Assembly (NCBI GenBank): GCA_965223665.1
Contig: OZ245011.1
Location: forward strand, 1,728,001 to 1,792,000
Length of the DNA: 64,000 nucleotides
Source: Nitrospinaceae bacterium
GTDB taxonomy: Bacteria > Nitrospinota > Nitrospinia > Nitrospinales > Nitrospinaceae
Reading direction: 5' to 3'
The notes under the pieces are model-generated. The model was not told where the DNA came from and did no database searches. It worked only from the letters and a program-made list of their open reading frames with translations. Below, one piece after another: positions 29,003 to 37,974 of the stretch (the first letter of the stretch is position 1; each line of letters starts with the position of its first letter). The position numbers were made by a program, and so were the translations under genes.

Positions 29003-30283
29003 ATGCGGGCGATTTCAAATTTGATCGTTTCCATTATTCTATTATTTTTCAGCGTACCTTCTTTTGCGGTGACTGCAAGTTTTACGGCAGTGGAAGACAG
29101 TTTCATCAGCGAGACTGATCCCACGCATAACTTTGGTTCCGATACGGCTCTTTTAGCAGACGGCGATGACGGCTTGGGTGGGGAACTATGGACATTAATC
29201 AAGTGGGATGTTTCTTCTATACCCTCTAATGCAATTGTGTCTGCCGCTTCGATCAAACTGAACCTGTTCGACTCCAGCGGTGGTCCCTACAATATCATTC
29301 GTCAAAACACCCCCTGGAGTGAAGGCACGGTAAACTGGGGCAACCGAACCGGTTCGGCACTCGTTCGTGGAATCATACCGGCGTTTAGCTTAGGACAAGT
29401 CACTATTCCTTTGAATGAGCACGGAATCAATTTAGTGCAGGGATGGCTGGATGGCGGTTTCGTCAACAACGGAATCACCATTCGCACAGCAGGTACCACC
29501 AATGGAATCGACATGGACTCACGAGAATCCGGAGGGTTTTCTCCAACTTTGGAAGTGACTTATACTCTCGCAGAACCCACTTTAGAATCATTACAAGCAG
29601 AAATCGATCAATTGAAGGCTTTGCTAGCCGGAGTGACACGAACCGGAGATAATTTAAACTTTGATGGTATGAATGTTCGAATCCGCAATGGGCTGGGTGC
29701 AACGAACGGCAATCCCGATCAAACGGATTTAACCGATCCGACAGATACCGTCGTGAACGGTCTCGGAAATTTAATTGTGGGTTATGATGAGCCTGCTTAT
29801 GATATCCATGGCAACATAAGCAACATTCAAGAAAAAACAGGTTCTCATAATATAGTGGTTGGGCCGGGGCATAACTATTCCAGTTTTGGTGGACTTGTCT
29901 CAGGCTTTAGTAATCGGATATCGGGTCCTTACACAAGTGTAAATGGAGGCTTTATCAATTGGGCCAAAGGAATTTTTTCCAGTATTGGTGGTGGAAGAGA
30001 AAACTTTGCACAAGGACAGTCCTCAACTGTTTCAGGAGGAGAAACGAATAATGTTTTTGGATTTGCTTCAAGCATAAGCGGTGGATATAACAACGTGGCC
30101 TTGGGTGAAAACTCCAGTGTAAATGGAGGATTCCAAAACCGAGCTGAAGGCAGATCTTCGAGTATCCTCGGGGGCCGAAATAATGAGACTCTTGGCTCCT
30201 ACTCTACGATTAGTGGGGGAAACGGTCGAACCGCATCGGGTACTGACGACTGGGTCGCAGGGAGTTTGTTTGAAGATTTTTAA
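29003..30283 (+). CDS. Secreted DNRLRE-coiled coil-GG-repeat protein, copy 5 (7 repeats)
   Basis: SD AAGGAGG; same architecture as 7932; ends DWVAGSLFEDF. Confidence 0.85.
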   Translation: MRAISNLIVSIILLFFSVPSFAVTASFTAVEDSFISETDPTHNFGSDTALLADGDDGLGGELWTLIKWDVSSIPSNAIVSAASIKLNLFDSSGGPYNIIRQNTPWSEGTVNWGNRTGSALVRGIIPAFSLGQVTIPLNEHGINLVQGWLDGGFVNNGITIRTAGTTNGIDMDSRESGGFSPTLEVTYTLAEPTLESLQAEIDQLKALLAGVTRTGDNLNFDGMNVRIRNGLGATNGNPDQTDLTDPTDTVVNGLGNLIVGYDEPAYDIHGNISNIQEKTGSHNIVVGPGHNYSSFGGLVSGFSNRISGPYTSVNGGFINWAKGIFSSIGGGRENFAQGQSSTVSGGETNNVFGFASSISGGYNNVALGENSSVNGGFQNRAEGRSSSILGGRNNETLGSYSTISGGNGRTASGTDDWVAGSLFEDF

Positions 30284-30323
30284 ATTTTTTGTGCAAGCCT
30301 CTGGCCCCTCCTTTGGCTTGCCA

Positions 30324-30423
30324 GGCTTACTCGCCGTAGGGGAGAGGTTCCGCTAGATTGTGCCTCTATGGCGGGTGAGCCATTTTTATATCTAACCCGA
30401 GTTTATAATGGGCTCACCTTGCC
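30324..30423 (+). repeat. Three-segment inverted-repeat element (terminator/REP-like)
   Basis: 30324-30342 pairs fully with 30363-30381 (19 bp, 4 G-U), followed by ATTTTT; that middle segment can alternatively pair with 30408-30423. Confidence 0.55.
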
Positions 30424-30780
30424 TAAATACCAGATGCCTGATTTGACATAAAAGATTCTCATTCTCATTTTTGTTTCCAGTCCCCCTTCTTTTCCCTTTT
30501 GCCAAAAAACAGGGAATAAACTCATCCCGTGAAGATCAATCTATATATAGGGGTACGTTTAAGTTCCTGAAGGCTATTCGGAAGGAATTTAAAAAGGAGA
30601 TTTTTGGCGGAAATAGTAACAAAAAAATAATCAGGAGACACCCGAGCCTAATCGAACCCTTTCCTAAAAAAGGGTTCCGGCATTATCCGTTAACTAAATC
30701 CACCATCTGCTAAAAACCTTCTTTCATAAAACGTCTTCCAGGCCTTCGGAAAACACCACATTTAAATATGGAGGTGCGTC

Positions 30781-31191
30781 ATGGCAAAAGTTTATGAATT
30801 CATGAGTTCCCCGATTTTGTCCACGACTCCCGAGACGCTGGCCTGTGAAGCGGTTAATCTCATGCAAAAAAAACTGGTATCCTCTCTCCTGGTGGAAGAC
30901 AATAACAATTACATTGGAATCTTTACTAAAACCAATTGGGTGCATCTGGTGCTGCAGGAAGAATGCGATCCCAACCAGATAAAAGTTTCCGAGCTGATGT
31001 CTTCCCCCATTGTCACCATCGGCAAGAATGAATCTTTACTGCAGGCGAGTGCTCTTATCGAAATGCACAGCATCCGTCATCTGGCGGTAAAGGACCAGGA
31101 TAAAATTGTGGGAATCCTTTCAGTTAAAGATTTGGAGAGATATTACTTTCGTTTACATCAGAAAGATGGGATTGCACAATATGGTTGTTGA
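30781..31191 (+). CDS. CBS domain pair protein
   Basis: VYEFMSSPILS...YIGIFTK; VSELMSSPIVTI...IRHLAV...IVGILSVKD; SD GGAGG. Confidence 0.92.
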   Translation: MAKVYEFMSSPILSTTPETLACEAVNLMQKKLVSSLLVEDNNNYIGIFTKTNWVHLVLQEECDPNQIKVSELMSSPIVTIGKNESLLQASALIEMHSIRHLAVKDQDKIVGILSVKDLERYYFRLHQKDGIAQYGC

Positions 31192-31248
31192 AAAAACTAA
31201 TTTGGTAATAAAAAATTAAAGGATCGCTAACTCTGAGAAACTTGCAAA

Positions 31249-32616
31249 TCAGACTTGAGGATTTTCCGAGGGTTCCTTCTTTGCTTTAACGGAAGCCAGC
31301 CCGTTTAAAGAATGGGGAGAAACGCCGTCGAAAATTTCATAGCGATCCCTTCCATTTTCTTTGGCTTGATATAAAGCCTTGTCTGCCATTTCCACCAGCG
31401 ACTCGACGGATTGGACATTGGGAATCATCGTCGCCACTCCCAGGCTAATCGTAATAACTTTGGAAGAATCATTATCGTAAGGAATCAACCTTAAGTTTCG
31501 AACGGAATCACCCAATTGCTTAGCCAACTGCGTTGCACCTTCCAGTTGCGTAACCGGCAGCAGGATGGCGAACTCTTCACCACCCACTCGGCACAATATA
31601 TCTCCGGGCCGTTTCAACTGGGATTGAACAAAACGAGAAATATCTATCAGGCATTGGTCTCCTATAGGATGCCCGTAATCGTCATTGACCTTTTTGAAAA
31701 AATCAAGGTCGAACATAATAAGGGAAATGGGCAACCCCAGTCGTTTACAACGGGACCACTCATTAATCAATTGCTCGTCAAAGTATCGTCGATTGTGCAC
31801 TCCCGTCAATGCATCTTGATACGAAAGTCTTTCCAGGTGGGCATTGGAAGTTTCTAATAAAGAATTGAGGTTTTTCAATTCCTTTTCGGACGCTTTTCTT
31901 TCAGTGATATCCCGAAGAATTCCTGTGAACATGATTTGACCATCAATCTCCATACGGCTTACCGCCAGATCTAATGGAAACGTGGTCCTGTCCTTTCTAA
32001 GTCCAACGACTTCACGCCCGATTCCAATAATTTTAGTTTCACCGGTTTGTAAGTACTTTGATAAATATTCATCATGCTCGGAGCGCCAGGGTTCAGGCAT
32101 TAATAGGCTTACATTTTTATTCAGAATCTCGGACTCGTTGTATTGAAATAACTTCTGAGCGGCGGGATTGATCGATTGAATTTGCCCCCTATGATTAATG
32201 GTGACGATACCGTCGACGGATGTATTGAGTACCGCTAACAACCGAGCTTCATTGGCTAAATGGATGGCATCATCCTTAATAATTTCATTCCCTCTTTGGA
32301 AAGCAACGGATAAACCGGCAGTGACCCAAAGGACAAACAAGGCCAACCCACGGTTGGTTAACACTTTCCAATCTTCCCCTCCGTTGGGAGAGACAAAGTA
32401 TCCCAGGACGGTGAGTGCCGTTCCCAGTGAAGCTCCCACAAATATATAGAAAGGTTTTCCAGGGTATAAGGAGAACAGAACCAGAAGTGTATAGAGCACT
32501 CCACTCGCCACTCCCAATTCCACATTGATATCAAATAGAAAAATACTGAGAGAAAACAGATATAGAGAAAGATAGTAGAGGGGTTTGTTAAATGATTTTT
32601 GAAAGGAATCGACCAT
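31249..32616 (-). CDS. Membrane-bound PAS (FixL-type) diguanylate cyclase
   Basis: N-terminal TMs; LMPEPWRSEHDEYL...IIGIGREVVGLRKD; DALTGVHNRR; RPGD I-site; GGEEF. Confidence 0.92.
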   Translation of the reverse strand: MVDSFQKSFNKPLYYLSLYLFSLSIFLFDINVELGVASGVLYTLLVLFSLYPGKPFYIFVGASLGTALTVLGYFVSPNGGEDWKVLTNRGLALFVLWVTAGLSVAFQRGNEIIKDDAIHLANEARLLAVLNTSVDGIVTINHRGQIQSINPAAQKLFQYNESEILNKNVSLLMPEPWRSEHDEYLSKYLQTGETKIIGIGREVVGLRKDRTTFPLDLAVSRMEIDGQIMFTGILRDITERKASEKELKNLNSLLETSNAHLERLSYQDALTGVHNRRYFDEQLINEWSRCKRLGLPISLIMFDLDFFKKVNDDYGHPIGDQCLIDISRFVQSQLKRPGDILCRVGGEEFAILLPVTQLEGATQLAKQLGDSVRNLRLIPYDNDSSKVITISLGVATMIPNVQSVESLVEMADKALYQAKENGRDRYEIFDGVSPHSLNGLASVKAKKEPSENPQV

Positions 32617-32822
32617 AAACGTTTTTACTGAATTGGGATTTCATTTAAATTTTGAAAGTCGAAATTAAAACAGAGCTTAATTCCAATTTAAAGGCAAGGA
32701 CAAAGAAAGTAAACGCTATTTCTGAATATCTTATGGAAAGAGATTGATATTCCCCAATCAGGAGGATACAACAAGAGGTGGAATCATCACAAGTTCATGG
32801 AGTTTTTTAGTAGGCGTGAATC

Positions 32823-33767
32823 TTATTTTTTGAGAAATTCTTTTTTCTCTTTTTCACTCCACCACCAATAATGGTCAGTCGTTTCATCTGCATAAAACCC
32901 CTCGAATAATTCATGAGGTTTAATTAATTTCGCTACTTCTTCCTTGGCGCAAATCAAAGTAAAAAAACTATCCCAATCCACAATGAACAAAACCGACTTA
33001 TCGACAGTAAAAAATTTCGTTGGCCAAAGTTTTTGCACCAAGATATTTAATACCGAATTATCAGGGTCTATCATATCCGAAACTGAAATAATACTTTCTT
33101 CCAAATTAAATTCATCTCTTACTATAACCTCACCGACCCCGGCTCTTTTTAAAGCCTCTCCAAAACCTGATTCCAAAATAGGTTGAAATTCACCTTCTGT
33201 CGGCGGGTAAATTCCATTTTTACTACAATAATTTTCTAGTTTTTCAGCACCTGACTCATCTGAAAATTTATTATTGAGCGCCAATATTGTGGTGAGCAAG
33301 GCTCTATAAAACTCTTCTAATGAAGAAAAACCAATTCCGCTCATCATAGATTCCCAGCTAATTGACTTTCCTTCCTTTTTAATCGTATCTCTAAAGTCAA
33401 TCGGTGAATCATTAGGATCTATTTTCGGTAAAGAAGTGATCAATTTGCTTCGTTCTTCATCGGAATAATCCGATGCTCGATGAACACGAGTTCCATGGCG
33501 ACAGGATTCAGGATGATACCCTTCAATAGTGCAAAATGGATGGAAGGCTATAAAGACGATCTGGTACACTCCTTCATAATTTTTCAAAAAAGGAGTGTCG
33601 TAATCCGGATAATCTATGGTTCGATCACACTCTATACTTTTATTATCATTTTCACTTCTTTTTGATTTGTATTTATTTGACCCAATCAGCTGCGCCAACT
33701 TAAAAAATGAGATCCATCGTCTCAACCACTGCATGATTTTCTTTGTTACTCCACCTAATAAAAACAT
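32823..33767 (-). CDS. DUF2711-like protein
   Basis: VFIAFHPF, PTEGEF, VDWDSFFTLIC, FEGFYADETT..WW. Confidence 0.65.
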   Translation of the reverse strand: MFLLGGVTKKIMQWLRRWISFFKLAQLIGSNKYKSKRSENDNKSIECDRTIDYPDYDTPFLKNYEGVYQIVFIAFHPFCTIEGYHPESCRHGTRVHRASDYSDEERSKLITSLPKIDPNDSPIDFRDTIKKEGKSISWESMMSGIGFSSLEEFYRALLTTILALNNKFSDESGAEKLENYCSKNGIYPPTEGEFQPILESGFGEALKRAGVGEVIVRDEFNLEESIISVSDMIDPDNSVLNILVQKLWPTKFFTVDKSVLFIVDWDSFFTLICAKEEVAKLIKPHELFEGFYADETTDHYWWWSEKEKKEFLKK

Positions 33768-33809
33768 CTTTATTCAACCCACCCTGATTGAATCCCTTGA
33801 GTTAAACAA

Positions 33810-34001
33810 TCATTCCGATTCGCAGGTTTGATCCAGAATAAAATACACTGGGCAAAAGCTGGTAAAAGCGCTTTGCAAAAGCGTCAGCCCTAATACTCCA
33901 GGTATAATCAGCCAGACCGAATCAACCCAATAGCCCAATGCCGTTCCCAGAGCGACCACCAACCCCGCAACTCCATCGTGAACCCTTCTTTTTTTGTTCA
34001 T
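33810..34001 (-). CDS. DUF2892 (YgaP-like) small membrane protein
   Basis: ATG 34001 with SD GAGGGG; two TMs; LLQSAFTSFCPVY. Confidence 0.8.
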   Translation of the reverse strand: MNKKRRVHDGVAGLVVALGTALGYWVDSVWLIIPGVLGLTLLQSAFTSFCPVYFILDQTCESE

Positions 34002-34062
34002 ATGACTTCCCCTCATTAACTTTAAATTGTTTGAATATTCTCGGAAACTTTGTTTAGAAATT

Positions 34063-34698
34063 TCAAAAAAACCTAGAGAACGCTTGCCCAATATTTTTCA
34101 TACAATTTTCTGTGGATCCTTCTAAGTTTATCTCCACTTCAATAAGGTCTTTTCCTCTACCCAAAATGCAAAAAGCAAAAAGTAGCGTTTTATCTGTGCT
34201 TTTGAAATTGCTTTTTAAATCCTCGAATGAAGACACAATTTTTCTACAAATAGAGCGCATGGTACCCCGATCAACATTATAAATGGTGTGAAACCACATA
34301 CCATCCAGTCCCTCTCGAATAAGTTTTTCAAAATCTTTTTTAAAATGTTCTTTAGGTGGATTATGCGCCTTGAGTTCAATATTGACTATTTTGGAATCAG
34401 GGGAAGAACTGGTATAAAGACTTAAATCGGAACCTCCGCTTCGGTAGCCTTTCCCCTTTTGTTGATATTCTTGTTGAGTCGGGGTTTCAATAGAATAATA
34501 CCAACAGGATTTCTCCAGTAACTGGCAAAAAATAACTCGGGATTCCTGTTCACTGATACGAACACTTTGATCTCTTTTTATTGGAAAAATCAATTTAGGT
34601 TTTTCTGAAATAATTTGCGAACCTTCAGAAATAGCCCATAGTCGCTTTGCTACTTCCTGGTTTAATTCTATGAGTTTTCTTTTTAAATCAGAGTCCAT
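34063..34698 (-). CDS. Putative PD-(D/E)XK nuclease-fold protein
   Basis: YSIETPT...SDLSLY...IVNIELKA...KDFEKL. Confidence 0.5.
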   Translation of the reverse strand: MDSDLKRKLIELNQEVAKRLWAISEGSQIISEKPKLIFPIKRDQSVRISEQESRVIFCQLLEKSCWYYSIETPTQQEYQQKGKGYRSGGSDLSLYTSSSPDSKIVNIELKAHNPPKEHFKKDFEKLIREGLDGMWFHTIYNVDRGTMRSICRKIVSSFEDLKSNFKSTDKTLLFAFCILGRGKDLIEVEINLEGSTENCMKNIGQAFSRFF

Positions 34699-34724
34699 TT
34701 TTGATTAGGTTAATCTTTTCTCTT

Positions 34725-35228
34725 TTATTTTAAAATTACACGCCACGCTTTAATTTTTGCATTCAGAGTATACCTGGCATTCGCTGGACTTGTGGAGGGC
34801 AGCCCCGTATATATCTTTTGTCTTAACGAGTCAGGCATATTGGGATAAACGTATTTCATATAAACTGCCTCAACTTTTTTCCCATTAAAGAAAACATTCT
34901 TTATCTTGGGTCTAGATCTATAAAATTTCTTAAAATCATTGCAAATTATTGTGGATTCAATAATATCTGAATCCAGGCTCGATTTCCGAGTACAAGTTTG
35001 TAACACATCCCAAAGAGCAATCTTATTTCCCAGCAAAATTTTCTTTCTGGCGGAATAGGTCGCTTCCTCAGGAAAGTTTAATATTTCCTTCATAATTTTC
35101 CAAAATGAGTTTCTGGGATGTGCATAGTATTCGTTTTTTGCCAATGATTCTTTACCCGGCATACTTCCTAAAATCAGTATTCGAGAATCTTTGTTAGAGA
35201 TATGAGGAAAACTATGAATACGACTCAT
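34725..35228 (-). CDS. DNA-deoxyinosine (hypoxanthine) glycosylase, UDG superfamily family 6
   Basis: ILILGSMPGKESL...YYAHPRNSFW, IALWDV, SSLDSDI, LPSTSPANA. Confidence 0.9.
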   Translation of the reverse strand: MSRIHSFPHISNKDSRILILGSMPGKESLAKNEYYAHPRNSFWKIMKEILNFPEEATYSARKKILLGNKIALWDVLQTCTRKSSLDSDIIESTIICNDFKKFYRSRPKIKNVFFNGKKVEAVYMKYVYPNMPDSLRQKIYTGLPSTSPANARYTLNAKIKAWRVILK

Positions 35229-35592
35229 AACAGGTTAAGTTCCATCACTTCAAAGGTTTTATTAGTTGTAACAGAGAAACGAGCGGTCCTTTATTTTGCC
35301 TTATTTTGAAGTTTTTTCTTAATTTTTCATCCTTCTATCCTCCAGGGTCAACGGTGTTTTTTTCTTTTATCTGATTTGGATTGAAATTTGAGTCCCGGGT
35401 TAAATTTGGTATATAATGGCACCATAAAATATCCATTGGAAATTAACTGCTATATATAAGGGAGCAATCCATTATAAAATCGTTTTTTGAGAGGCGGTTT
35501 CCCTGCTTTTGATTTCGCTTCCCCACGGATTCTGGATGCCCCTCAGCCGAGTCTAAATTTAATTCGTCACTTTTTGGAGGGAGGGACGTATT

Positions 35593-36429
35593 ATGAAAAA
35601 ATTATATTCCACTCTTTTCACTTTATCATTTTGTTTTTTATTGAGCACTCCGGTCTACGCGATCCTCGATCATTTTGACAATCCACAGGAAAGTTATTTG
35701 CGCGAAACCTCACCCGACATAAATTTTGGGACAGAACATATATTAATTGCGGATGGCGTATCGAAAGATCCCTACAACAATCTTGAAGGTGAAGTGGTCA
35801 CTTTAATCCAGTGGGATATTTCTTCCATTCCGGAAAATGCCACCATCACCGGTGTGACGCTTACCTTAAACTACACGGATTCCAGCACCGGGGATTACCA
35901 TATTTATTCGCAAAACAGTTCATGGATAGAAAACAGGGTCACCTGGAACGATTTGGATCCGGGCTCTACAGATCTGGGCACCGTTCCACCTGAAATTTTA
36001 GGCGAACAGGCCATTGGTTTGAATGTCAAAGGAATCGCCTTAGTTCAGGGATGGGTTGACGGTTCGATTCCCAATAACGGGTTCGTCATTCGATCCGCCG
36101 GAACCCAAAACGGAATTGATATGGATTCGAATCAATCAGACGGAATTCGTCCTACACTGAATGTGGTTTATGAGGGACACGATGTTCCGGGATGGGAGCG
36201 TGTCGAAGGACCCGCCGTTACCCTGCCACCTGCTTCTTCCGGAAAGTCGGACGCTACCTGTCCGCAGGGGAAAGTCGTTCTGGGCGGAGGTCATTTAAGC
36301 AATAATGACCTGGTGAATATTGATTTTTCTCAAGCGGAGGCAATTAACAATTGGTTGGTCCAGGCTCAAAATCCTACAAATTCTCATATTACATTCAAAT
36401 CCTGGGCCATTTGCGCGAACGAAAACTAA
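35593..36429 (+). CDS. Secreted DNRLRE protein with a swapped small Cys-bridged C-terminal domain
   Basis: Same N-terminal DNRLRE motifs as the array; C-terminus ATCPQGKVVLGGG...W.V.A...WAICA instead of GG repeats. Confidence 0.8.
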   Translation: MKKLYSTLFTLSFCFLLSTPVYAILDHFDNPQESYLRETSPDINFGTEHILIADGVSKDPYNNLEGEVVTLIQWDISSIPENATITGVTLTLNYTDSSTGDYHIYSQNSSWIENRVTWNDLDPGSTDLGTVPPEILGEQAIGLNVKGIALVQGWVDGSIPNNGFVIRSAGTQNGIDMDSNQSDGIRPTLNVVYEGHDVPGWERVEGPAVTLPPASSGKSDATCPQGKVVLGGGHLSNNDLVNIDFSQAEAINNWLVQAQNPTNSHITFKSWAICANEN

Positions 36430-36684
36430 CAACAGGAAAGCTGTACATAAAATAGGACCCTTTCATTAAAAACCTCCTTTTTAACTGCCATTTAAACCTA
36501 TTTTCATTTTTATCCGTTCGCCCTATTTGACTAACTCCAGTTACGGTTTATAATCTTTCCCGGGATTAGTGATTCGACCTATTGTGTTTCGACAATTCAT
36601 TCAATTTTTATTCGTTGCAATTGGTTTTTCTCCCTTACGAAACTATTTTAAAATACAAACTTCAAATCCTTTTTTCAAAATGGA

Positions 36685-37257
36685 ATGACAATGCGAATCA
36701 TTTCGACTTATATCATTCTATTAATTTTAACCCCTTGTGTTTTCATTGGCTGCACCAAAAAAGTTCCACCTGAACCCGCGAATTATAATAAAAGCCACAT
36801 TGACCTGGCAATCCAAAGGGGCAAAGCATTGTATGAGGCCTATACCGCAGAACCGACAAACAAAGATGCCCTTTTCATTCAAAAAGCAAAAGATATCATC
36901 AAAAATTTTTGCGATTTGAATTATCGTGGACTAATTGTTATCCAAGACAATAAAAAGGTAGTTTATTTTATTGGAGAACCTCCCGCAGAAAATGATGTGG
37001 TTTTTGGAAGACATTTTAAAGTAAGAGAAAACGTAGTGACTCAATCAACTCTATCCTGTTTTGTTCTCCCAACTCATCCTAAATCAGTGGCTGTATATTC
37101 TTCGCATTTGCTTTCCAGGACACCCACCGAATATCATGTTTTTTTATCACTTTTACTGGAAAAACCCATTTATGTCTTTAACACATCAAATGAAATCTGG
37201 AGAATTGTAAGGGATAAAATCGTATTCATAGGAACCAAAGATCAGAAGAAAAAATAA
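36685..37257 (+). CDS. Putative lipoprotein
   Basis: Lipobox FIGC; SHLLSRTPTEYHVFLSL. Confidence 0.7.
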   Translation: MTMRIISTYIILLILTPCVFIGCTKKVPPEPANYNKSHIDLAIQRGKALYEAYTAEPTNKDALFIQKAKDIIKNFCDLNYRGLIVIQDNKKVVYFIGEPPAENDVVFGRHFKVRENVVTQSTLSCFVLPTHPKSVAVYSSHLLSRTPTEYHVFLSLLLEKPIYVFNTSNEIWRIVRDKIVFIGTKDQKKK

Positions 37258-37347
37258 GTAACAGATATTTTCTATTTTGAAAAAATATTAAAGCATTTCG
37301 GAGGTAATAATTAGTCAAATCTAAAATTTTTCTAAAGGAGGGGCAAA

Positions 37348-37875
37348 ATGAATATTGACAATATGAAAGACCTGGCTTCGATAGTGGAATCGTTAGTCAT
37401 AATGCTCACTCTGATGATAGCTGCCTATCAGATTTTTAGAGAGAGAAAGTTAAGAGCATTCCAATTGTATCAAAGCCTGGCTGAAAAATATTCCGAACTT
37501 TTATGGCATTCAAAAGATGATGCTGATTTAGACAATGCATGGAAACCCCTTTCTCCAAATTTAAAAAATGATATAGATTTTGCTTTGAAGAATAAAAAAG
37601 AAATTAACTGGCCGGTTTGGCATAGCATTGAAACTAAGGAAAAAAAAATATACCGATTTTCCCGGGCAGGATTGGAAATATTTGAACAGGCCTATTTAGG
37701 GAGAGGCCAGGGATGGGCCGAAAAAGAAATTTGGGAAAAATGGAAAATTTGGATGAAAGACTGGGAAAATACTATTCCCATGACAAAGTATGTTTTTGAG
37801 GAATGTAAAAGTTGGTTTACAAAAAGCTTTGTTGAGTTTTGGGAAAAAGAAATCAGGGAAGAGAGTGAAGGATAA
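37348..37875 (+). CDS. Hypothetical protein with N-terminal TM (DUF4760-like)
   Basis: SD AAGGAGG; TM followed by a Trp-rich helical domain. Confidence 0.7.
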   Translation: MNIDNMKDLASIVESLVIMLTLMIAAYQIFRERKLRAFQLYQSLAEKYSELLWHSKDDADLDNAWKPLSPNLKNDIDFALKNKKEINWPVWHSIETKEKKIYRFSRAGLEIFEQAYLGRGQGWAEKEIWEKWKIWMKDWENTIPMTKYVFEECKSWFTKSFVEFWEKEIREESEG

Positions 37876-37974
37876 AAAACATTTATCTACCTGGTGATGG
37901 AAGGATTTTGCTCAAGCTTCTTTTTGATTAGCTCCTGAGCAAAAGGATTACTTAAAAAATTGTTTCAAGACTCG

